The notes beneath the pieces were generated by a model. The model was not told the DNA's origin and made no database searches. It was given only the letters and a program-made list of their open reading frames with translations. Positions 49,523 to 57,189 of a DNA stretch of 64,000 nt are shown here, piece after piece (within the stretch, counting starts at the first letter, position 1; every line of letters starts with the position of its first letter). The DNA is from an uncultured Lachnospiraceae bacterium. GTDB taxonomy: Bacteria > Bacillota > Clostridia > Lachnospirales > Lachnospiraceae. The stretch spans positions 11,466 to 75,465 of the forward strand of contig CADANF010000010.1 in assembly GCA_902789175.1 (NCBI GenBank), read 5' to 3'. The position numbers were made by a program, and so were the translations under genes.

Positions 49523-50383
49523 ATGGCATACGGAAAATCAATAGAACTTTTTCTTGTAAATGGAACGGCTGACAGTTTGATTATAGCAGAACTATCAAAT
49601 TGGAACGGAAAGGCAATTAAGATTCCGCGTATAGAGGTGTCCGCTTGTAATCGTGACGACATTTCACAGGCAGGAGTATACTTCTTGTTCTGCAAGGAAG
49701 ATGATGGTTCAGACTCTGTATACATTGGAGAAGCTGAAAATGTAAAAGATAGACTTGTTCAACATTTAAGAGATTATCAATCTGAAAAAGAAAAATATTA
49801 TTGGAGTACTGCTGTTGTCTTTATTGGTAGAGATCTGAATAAAGCACTCATCAGATATTTGGAAAATCGATTTGTTGAGATAGCAAGAGCAAGTAAAAGA
49901 TATCTTGTGCTTACTAAGAATACCTATCGAAATACAGTTATGAAAGAATCGCAGATAGCTGTAATGGAAGAGTTCGTAGATAATGTAAAGATACTTATCA
50001 ATGCACTTGGTTATAAAGTATTGGAGCCTTTTGCTCAAGTAGATTCATCAACCGCTGCAGTAGATGATGAATTGCTTTATATTACATCAGGCTCTGTAAA
50101 CGCAACAGGCAAAGTGACATCTGAAGGATTTGTTGTATTTGCTGGAGCCACCTTAAATGAGAAAACGTCTGTGAAATCTTTAAGTGCTGGTATGCAAAAA
50201 CAGAGACAGAAATTGTTGGATTCATCAAAGGTTGATGATTTGGTTACAACTGAAGATATTCTATTTTCTAGTTCATCGGCAGCTGCGGATTTCATTCTTG
50301 GGTACAGTGTTAGTGGACCTAGAAGTTGGAAGAATAAAGAAGGTAAGACTTTAAAAGAAATTGAAAGTAATCAAACGGAATAA
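49523..50383 (+). CDS. GIY-YIG nuclease with C-terminal DUF4357-like domain
   Basis: GVYFLF...VYIGEAEN..RL..H and C-terminal FSSSSAAA...G...SG...WKN. Confidence 0.85.
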   Translation: MAYGKSIELFLVNGTADSLIIAELSNWNGKAIKIPRIEVSACNRDDISQAGVYFLFCKEDDGSDSVYIGEAENVKDRLVQHLRDYQSEKEKYYWSTAVVFIGRDLNKALIRYLENRFVEIARASKRYLVLTKNTYRNTVMKESQIAVMEEFVDNVKILINALGYKVLEPFAQVDSSTAAVDDELLYITSGSVNATGKVTSEGFVVFAGATLNEKTSVKSLSAGMQKQRQKLLDSSKVDDLVTTEDILFSSSSAAADFILGYSVSGPRSWKNKEGKTLKEIESNQTE

Positions 50384-50388
50384 GAGAC

Positions 50389-50425
50389 AATGGGTGTAAA
50401 GAATAAAATCCGACACCCATTTTTC
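50389..50425 (+). terminator. Terminator-like hairpin
   Basis: AATGGGTGT/ACACCCATT stem plus T run. Confidence 0.55.
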
Positions 50426-50493
50426 GAATTGAAAGTATTCCTCCGTAGGTATAGAATAGATATATAGTGTTTTCCTAAAATGCATGGAGGTTA

Positions 50494-50700
50494 ATGATGG
50501 AATTTTATACAACAATGGAAATGGCGAAGATATGGAAAATATCAAGAAGAAGAGTTACAACTCTTTGCACAGAAGGAAGAGTTGAAGGCGCTGTACTAAA
50601 AGGAAACACATGGCTTATACCTAGTGATGCAAAAAAGCCAGAAGACCCTAGAAAACTCCGTAATTACGAACGGGTTATCAAGAATTGTGATAAAAATTGA
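50494..50700 (+). CDS. Small excisionase-like HTH DNA-binding protein (putative controller)
   Basis: YTTMEMAKIWKISRRRVTTLC.EGR..GA...G..WLIP pattern, GGAGG RBS. Confidence 0.75.
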   Translation: MMEFYTTMEMAKIWKISRRRVTTLCTEGRVEGAVLKGNTWLIPSDAKKPEDPRKLRNYERVIKNCDKN

Positions 50701-50719
50701 AACAGAAACAGGTGAGATT

Positions 50720-52570
50720 ATGAGATATTTAGGAAGTAAAATAAAATTACTTTCGTCAATTGATGAAGTTATAAAAGAAAATAATATTGAAGGAGAAACG
50801 TTTGCGGATTTGTTTGCAGGGACAGGTTGTGTGGGGGACTTTTTTAAAGATAGATATCAGATTATTTCGAATGATTTTTTGTTCTATTCGTATGTTATGA
50901 ATAGAGCAAAATTAAAAAATGATTCTATCCCCAAGTTTGATTGTTTCAGAAAAAAGTACAAATCCGATATATTCGAATGGCTTAATACTCAAACATACAT
51001 TCCAGATGATTCATACTTCATTTATTTAAATTATACACCAATTGGTAATAGAATGTTTTTTACTGAAGAAAATGGAATAAAGATTGATGGAATAAGACAG
51101 AAAATTGAAGAATTAAGGGCAAAGAATATAATTGATGAAGAAGAATATTACTATCTGATTGCATCAATGATGGAAAGCATTACAAAGGTGTCTAATATAT
51201 CTGGAACATATGAGGCATTCTTCAAATTTTGGGATTCACGTGCGGAAAAAGATTTTGATCTTCAACCACTTGAGATAAATGAGGCTCCATTACACGCAAA
51301 CAACCTTATCTTTAATGAGGATACGAATAAATTAGTAAGGGAAATAAAAGGAGATATTGCATATATTGATCCACCATACACTGTTACACAGTATATTTCG
51401 GCGTATCATATGTTCGAAACATTGGCAAGGTACGATTACCCAACCATCAAAGGAGTTGGTGGAAAAAGAGGTAGAGGTGACAAGAATTCATTATATGCTC
51501 AGAGAACAAAAGCCAAGTTGATATTTGAAGACTTATTTAGACAGATTCAATTTAAGCACATCTTGATCAGTTATAGTAATCAAGGTCTTGTACCAATTGA
51601 AGAATTGTGTGAATTGGCAAGTAATTTTGCTGTGAATGGGGCAGTAAAAATTAATCATTATGATTACCGAGAATATCAAAATCATCGTTCTAGCAATAAA
51701 CGAAATGGAGAAAACTTAAATGAGGTAATTATCTATTTTGAAAAAGATATGCAAATTAATAAATCACCGATTAATTATTCTGGGAGCAAAGATACCCTAG
51801 TGCCAGATATTATTAAAGCTTTGCCGGCAAATGTTGATGTATTTGTTGATGCAATGGGTGGTGCATTTAACGTTGGAGCCAATATTACAGCATTGAATAA
51901 AGTAGTGTATAACGAAATGAATCCCTTTGTTTATGAACTGGTTTCATGGATGGTAAATACACCAAAGGAAGAACTGATTAATGCTATTGAAAAAAAGATA
52001 GAGCAGTTTGGAATGAAAAAAGCCGATGAAAATGCGTATAAACGACTAAGAGATACATATAACGCAGAACAAAATCCATTAGAATTATTTGTTTTACATA
52101 TGTATTCGTTTCAAAATATGATTAGATTCAACGGAAGTCATAAATTTAACACTCCTATAGGTGTGGCAGGATATAGTGATGACATGAAACAACGTATATT
52201 GGATTTTAAAGTTAAAGCACCTCTTCTAGAGTTATTAAATATTGATTATGTCAATTTAGATTGGGATAGCTATCCACCTAATACTGTGTTTTATTTTGAT
52301 CCACCGTATTATATAACAAGCGCAGCCTATAACGATGGTAAAAGAGGAATGAAAGGCTGGGGTCTAAATGAAGAAGTTGAACTTTTGAACACATTAAAGC
52401 ATATTGATGAACTTGGTCATAAATTTATTCTTTCAAATGTTATTAGACATAAGGAAAAAGAACATACATTACTTATTGAATGGGCTAAAGAGAATAATTT
52501 TAGAGTTATAGATGCAGGAGTCAGCGGTTGGCGTTATGCAAAAAATGAAGTAATGATTCTTAATTATTAA
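50720..52570 (+). CDS. Double-domain N6-adenine DNA methyltransferase (M.FokI/M.LlaI type)
   Basis: Two Dam-like halves: YLGSK..FADLFAGTG..YIDPPY and YSGSK..FVDAMGG..YFDPPY. ATG 50720 follows a GGTGAG RBS. Confidence 0.92.
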   Translation: MRYLGSKIKLLSSIDEVIKENNIEGETFADLFAGTGCVGDFFKDRYQIISNDFLFYSYVMNRAKLKNDSIPKFDCFRKKYKSDIFEWLNTQTYIPDDSYFIYLNYTPIGNRMFFTEENGIKIDGIRQKIEELRAKNIIDEEEYYYLIASMMESITKVSNISGTYEAFFKFWDSRAEKDFDLQPLEINEAPLHANNLIFNEDTNKLVREIKGDIAYIDPPYTVTQYISAYHMFETLARYDYPTIKGVGGKRGRGDKNSLYAQRTKAKLIFEDLFRQIQFKHILISYSNQGLVPIEELCELASNFAVNGAVKINHYDYREYQNHRSSNKRNGENLNEVIIYFEKDMQINKSPINYSGSKDTLVPDIIKALPANVDVFVDAMGGAFNVGANITALNKVVYNEMNPFVYELVSWMVNTPKEELINAIEKKIEQFGMKKADENAYKRLRDTYNAEQNPLELFVLHMYSFQNMIRFNGSHKFNTPIGVAGYSDDMKQRILDFKVKAPLLELLNIDYVNLDWDSYPPNTVFYFDPPYYITSAAYNDGKRGMKGWGLNEEVELLNTLKHIDELGHKFILSNVIRHKEKEHTLLIEWAKENNFRVIDAGVSGWRYAKNEVMILNY

Positions 52571-52593
52571 AAATCAAGAAAGGAGATAATATT

Positions 52594-53442
52594 ATGGGTC
52601 ATATTTTAGTTTTACCAGAAGACTTGAGAGTAAAACTTAATGCCGCTAATCTAGATGCAAATACACACAATAAATGGGTGGCAATAGGAGTTAATACTGT
52701 TGATGATATGATAAATCGTATTGTTAATGATTTAAATCATGCGTACCCGGTACTTTCGATAACATCTACAAGAGAAGAAAATAAAAATACTATTAAATCA
52801 CGTATAGACAGTACTGGTAATGTTTCAATGTTTGTAGGTTATTTTGAAAACGATAAAGGTTATGTAGATGCTTTGTTCTATTATATCCCTCCAGATGCTT
52901 CAAATGCTAACGATTTTTTCCCGGCAAAAATTATGCCACCACTTTTTGGTATTTATAACAATATTAAAGATAGAACAAAAGACTTACATATACATTGTAT
53001 GCCGGTATTTATTATTAATTTATGTACAACATCCAGAGTAAATAATGCATCTGTAAAAAAGCAGATGGTTTGCTGCGAGACGTTAGGTTTTAATTATTAT
53101 GATATTTTTCAAAATGGATATCACGATGTTATAGGTCGAACAGATGCGGATGGAAATGCTATAACAGAACTACAACGTTTGAGTGAATTAGATGAACTCC
53201 TTGGAGGTGTTACTAATAACAAATGGTTTGAAGTTGATTACACAAATAAAAAATTGAAAATCTTGTCAACAACAGTAACAAATTCAACGAATGCAACATC
53301 AGATGTTTATAGGTTAAGTCTTTATGTCATTCCTGCAGTTTACTTTGCTGTAGATGAAGGTTTTAGTATTGATGCATCAAGCATTTCTACATTGGGTGGG
53401 GATGTGGCTGAAACATTAAGGAATTTCATATCCAAATTTTAA
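52594..53442 (+). CDS. Hypothetical protein, putative first restriction subunit (LlaI.1-like position)
   Basis: 282-aa ORF with strong RBS between the methylase and the McrB-like gene. No motif recognised. Confidence 0.65.
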   Translation: MGHILVLPEDLRVKLNAANLDANTHNKWVAIGVNTVDDMINRIVNDLNHAYPVLSITSTREENKNTIKSRIDSTGNVSMFVGYFENDKGYVDALFYYIPPDASNANDFFPAKIMPPLFGIYNNIKDRTKDLHIHCMPVFIINLCTTSRVNNASVKKQMVCCETLGFNYYDIFQNGYHDVIGRTDADGNAITELQRLSELDELLGGVTNNKWFEVDYTNKKLKILSTTVTNSTNATSDVYRLSLYVIPAVYFAVDEGFSIDASSISTLGGDVAETLRNFISKF

Positions 53443-53464
53443 AGATTAATATGGAGGTATTTAT

Positions 53465-54412
53465 ATGCAAACGATTTATTACGGTGCTCCTGGTACAGGA
53501 AAGAGCCATACAATTGATACAGATATAATTAGTGGGGTTAGCGATGATAGGGTGTTTCGTGTTACCTTCTATCCTGATTTTACTTATAGTGATTTTATAG
53601 GACAATTGTTGCCAAAAGTGATCCCTTCAGCTGTTCCGGGAGGAAGCAGTACTATAACATATGATTTTCAAAAAGGCGTATTTACTAACGCACTTGAGAA
53701 AGCGTATGAAAATACTGCAAATGATGTGTATCTAATTATAGAAGAAATGTCTAGAGGTGATTGTGCGGCAATCTTTGGTGATATATTTCAGCTATTGGAT
53801 AGAGAAAAAACAGGGACAAACAGAGGATTCAGCAAGTATTTTATTACCAATGAATTAATTGCTAAAGATATTATTCCTTTAAGAACTAATGGGAACAAGG
53901 TAAAACTTCCTCCGAATTTTCATATTTTAGGAACAGTAAACACAAGTGATCAAAATGTGTTTGTTATGGATACTGCGTTTAAGCGAAGATTTGAATGGGA
54001 ATATGTAAGCCCAAATCCTGTTCGTGAGTCTGCACCAGGAGTTACTCCAATTGTATACAAAAATGATGTGCAATTAGACATCCATGATGGAACTACGATG
54101 AAAACAATTTCATGGGTTGAACTGTATCAGAAGTTAAATGACTTTATTGCTGATGATAGATATCTTGGACTTGGTGAAGATAAGCAGTTAGGACCGTTTT
54201 TCATTGAATTTGACTTGTCTGCAACTCCAGATGCCCATAAAAAACAAATCAAGAATAAGCTGCTTCACTATTTATGGAGTGATATACACAAGGCTTCATA
54301 TAAAAGTGATGTGAATTTATTCAAAGAAGATATTGGTACATTTAAGAAGTTGTATGAATGCTTTGAGGATGACAAACAAATTTTCAGTTCAGCATTTATT
54401 GATACTCTGTAG
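53465..54412 (+). CDS. McrB-like AAA+ GTPase lacking an N-terminal DNA-binding domain
   Basis: Walker A GAPGTGKS starts at residue 7. FYPDFTYSDF, IIEEMSRG, signature NTSD, DTAFKRRF. Confidence 0.9.
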   Translation: MQTIYYGAPGTGKSHTIDTDIISGVSDDRVFRVTFYPDFTYSDFIGQLLPKVIPSAVPGGSSTITYDFQKGVFTNALEKAYENTANDVYLIIEEMSRGDCAAIFGDIFQLLDREKTGTNRGFSKYFITNELIAKDIIPLRTNGNKVKLPPNFHILGTVNTSDQNVFVMDTAFKRRFEWEYVSPNPVRESAPGVTPIVYKNDVQLDIHDGTTMKTISWVELYQKLNDFIADDRYLGLGEDKQLGPFFIEFDLSATPDAHKKQIKNKLLHYLWSDIHKASYKSDVNLFKEDIGTFKKLYECFEDDKQIFSSAFIDTL

Positions 54413-54426
54413 TAGAGGTGAGTCCA

Positions 54427-55689
54427 ATGAGCGCAATATACTATTATGGACAAGATGGGGAAATTGCTGATCAAAACCTAATAAAAATATTTGGACTGGG
54501 AACAAGAGAACTTCGCCATTCGGATAAGCTGGACGCTGATGTATTCGATGTCGTTGGATTTGTGTATAAAGATAACAAGATACTAGTTGTATTTCCTAAA
54601 CATTATTATAGTAAGGCGGATATTGATAGATTCAATCAAAGCGGTATCAGTCTGAGTTATGATATCAAATTGCTATACAACGTTATAAAAAAATACGGAG
54701 AGACAGAAAATACAAATGCAGTAGCAAGATCTTATTTGGGTGCTAAAGATGGATATTCAGCAGATTACCCTTTCAAACCATTTTATGAAGTGTATGATTA
54801 TTTTCAAAAATACGGTATATATAAGGAAAAAGAGATTCGTATTATTGAAGGAACATCTGGTAGAGTATCTTGGAAGGATACAATTAGAAAATCAAATAAG
54901 ATTATAAGCGGTGGCAATTTGATTTTTTCTCCATTTTATACATATAAGAAGAATTACAATGATGTTTTCTTAACAGAATGTATGGCATTTATAATTGACT
55001 ATACTATTGATTTTTTCAGTGATTTTCTAACAATGAAAAAAACAGGTGTTAGATACTATTTTGATTTTCCTAATAATATTGATTATGTTATACGACAATT
55101 AAATTTACATCAAAGCAGGATGTTTAAAGATACACAAAAACATCTTGTTAAGAGCATGATAGAGTTTTTCGAACAGTTCAAAGGAAAATCTAAAGGAGGA
55201 AAAGTACACGTAAAAATAAGGTATTTCGATATGATTTGGCAGTGCATGATATCTAAATATCTAAATAGACATTTTGCAGGGATCGACCCTTGCAACGGTG
55301 CTGCTGTTTTTGATGAAGGACTATCAAACTCTGTGATTTCTTTTTCCCAAAAAAGATTTACGGACATCGATTTGTCGCATAATAATTTTTATATTGATGT
55401 TGACCATATTGCGTACGAAGATGATGTACTATACATATTTGATTCAAAGTATTATTCAGCAATTAATGACCTAAATTATAAGCAACTGTCCTATAATGAG
55501 ATACTTAGATATCATTACCCAGGTGTAGTTGAAATAGATAATATTTTAATTTTGCCTGGAACAGATGGGGCAGATTTGCATTTTGCGTATGCTCCAGATT
55601 ATGTTGGAACAAGAACTATTGGAACAAAAATTATTGAACAATTTATAATGCCAAAAAAGGTTATGGAAGATTATTTACTTTCTAACTAA
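54427..55689 (+). CDS. McrC-like / LlaJI-family PD-(D/E)xK restriction nuclease
   Basis: G.VSWKDTI McrC-like motif and IDVDH...IFDSKYY...YKQLSY catalytic pattern. GAGGTG RBS favours ATG 54427. Confidence 0.85.
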   Translation: MSAIYYYGQDGEIADQNLIKIFGLGTRELRHSDKLDADVFDVVGFVYKDNKILVVFPKHYYSKADIDRFNQSGISLSYDIKLLYNVIKKYGETENTNAVARSYLGAKDGYSADYPFKPFYEVYDYFQKYGIYKEKEIRIIEGTSGRVSWKDTIRKSNKIISGGNLIFSPFYTYKKNYNDVFLTECMAFIIDYTIDFFSDFLTMKKTGVRYYFDFPNNIDYVIRQLNLHQSRMFKDTQKHLVKSMIEFFEQFKGKSKGGKVHVKIRYFDMIWQCMISKYLNRHFAGIDPCNGAAVFDEGLSNSVISFSQKRFTDIDLSHNNFYIDVDHIAYEDDVLYIFDSKYYSAINDLNYKQLSYNEILRYHYPGVVEIDNILILPGTDGADLHFAYAPDYVGTRTIGTKIIEQFIMPKKVMEDYLLSN

Positions 55690-55713
55690 TGAATACTTAA
55701 GGGGGGCGCAAAG

Positions 55714-57189
55714 ATGAAAAGGTTATGTTTAGGTACTATGATAACTATATTGTATCAGTGTCGCACACGTAGCGCAGATACTATTAAGTCTGTGTGTAGT
55801 GGTATTTTTGCGGCCTACGGCTTGGATATTAATAATTACAACAAGGAATTACCAAGTCATCTGAAAAGTGGTCATGACCCCGTTCCGGGAGATTTACTTA
55901 TTAAGGCACGAGAAACTAATATTGATGATGTTGCTCTAGGTATAGAAAATCGTGTGCTTCCATTAATTCATCAAGACAAGCATATTTATTTGTTCCGTGC
56001 ACTCAAAGATATTCTAAAAGAGGATACTACGATTGCAGATTCTACTGTGGTTGGTGTAATGCCTGGATACGAGAAATCGAGTATTTTAAATTTCGATTCA
56101 TTTTACGAGGCAATGACTCTCGCAAACATTCTTACATATGCTATTACTCAAGTAGAAAATGACAAATTGAAGTCCAATATTAGAGAGATTGGTAAAGATT
56201 ATATTGATGGGTTCGCTGGCTCAACGGAAAAAGTGTTTTTCTTATCCCCGGTAGTAGAGAACGACCATTTATCCCCTTTGAAAAGAACCCTGAAAGATCC
56301 TATGTTTGATAGGGTATTTTGCAAAGCAACAGATATTACGGTATCGGCACTTGCCAATCCAACTACAGCATCTGTGTTTTATATAGACCCAAGTAATTGT
56401 AAATTTAGGTTCAGCGGTTTGAAAGATTTCATTATCAATAACATAGGAAGCTATGTCTTTTCGAGAGCACAGATAAAACGAATTATTGATAGAACAAAGA
56501 ATGAAGCCGCCGTTGGTTCACAGGCTATGTTAAAGTTTATTACAACATATGGTTCAAAGGCAGAGACGGTCCTAGGAGAAATACTTCTTTATATATTTAT
56601 GGAACAGGAGTTAGATGCTCCAAAGATTATGAGCAAGGTTGAAATAGATGAGACAAATCGTAATGCCGTTAGTAAGAGTGATGGTGTGCATTTGCTTTCA
56701 ATTAATAAATCTGGACAGCCATTTCATCAATTAGTATTTGGTGCATCAGATATTGTAGGTGACTTGCAGTTGGCTATAGACCGTGCTTTTGAAAAAATAA
56801 TTTCAGTTGAGGCGAATCAAGATACTGAACTCCGAATGGTTGATAATACAACACAGTGGACTATTTATGATCCAGAGGCAACACAGTATATGGTGGAACT
56901 AATGACTCCTCAAAGGAATGGATCCTACAAGCCGGATATGGCATTTGGAGCATTCCTTGGATATACAATAAGGTTGGATAATCCAGAAACAGATAGCCAA
57001 AAATATCGTATTGCTGTAAAAGAACAGCTGAAAAAAGATATAGCAAATGTGCAGCCATATATTGTGAAAAAAATTCAAAACAATGGATTGAGTGGATATA
57101 GTTTTTACTTTTATCTGCTTCCATTTAATGATGCTTCAAGCGAAAAAACTAGCATCATTCAAGAACTACTTTCGGGAGGTGGCATCTGA
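55714..57189 (+). CDS. HamA-like (DUF1837) protein with an extra N-terminal domain
   Basis: GEILLYIFMEQELDAPKIMSKVE...SDGVH is the DUF1837 pattern. About 190 extra N-terminal residues. Confidence 0.78.
   Translation: MKRLCLGTMITILYQCRTRSADTIKSVCSGIFAAYGLDINNYNKELPSHLKSGHDPVPGDLLIKARETNIDDVALGIENRVLPLIHQDKHIYLFRALKDILKEDTTIADSTVVGVMPGYEKSSILNFDSFYEAMTLANILTYAITQVENDKLKSNIREIGKDYIDGFAGSTEKVFFLSPVVENDHLSPLKRTLKDPMFDRVFCKATDITVSALANPTTASVFYIDPSNCKFRFSGLKDFIINNIGSYVFSRAQIKRIIDRTKNEAAVGSQAMLKFITTYGSKAETVLGEILLYIFMEQELDAPKIMSKVEIDETNRNAVSKSDGVHLLSINKSGQPFHQLVFGASDIVGDLQLAIDRAFEKIISVEANQDTELRMVDNTTQWTIYDPEATQYMVELMTPQRNGSYKPDMAFGAFLGYTIRLDNPETDSQKYRIAVKEQLKKDIANVQPYIVKKIQNNGLSGYSFYFYLLPFNDASSEKTSIIQELLSGGGI

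Noticed and set aside
50624-50719. Longer methylase start overlapping the HTH gene
   Set aside because: The family N-terminus (MRYLGSK) and RBS point to ATG 50720.
53465-55689. Classical modification-dependent (Type IV) McrBC
   Set aside because: A cognate double m6A methylase and a third ORF are in the same operon and McrB lacks its methyl-reading domain. An LlaI-like arrangement fits better.
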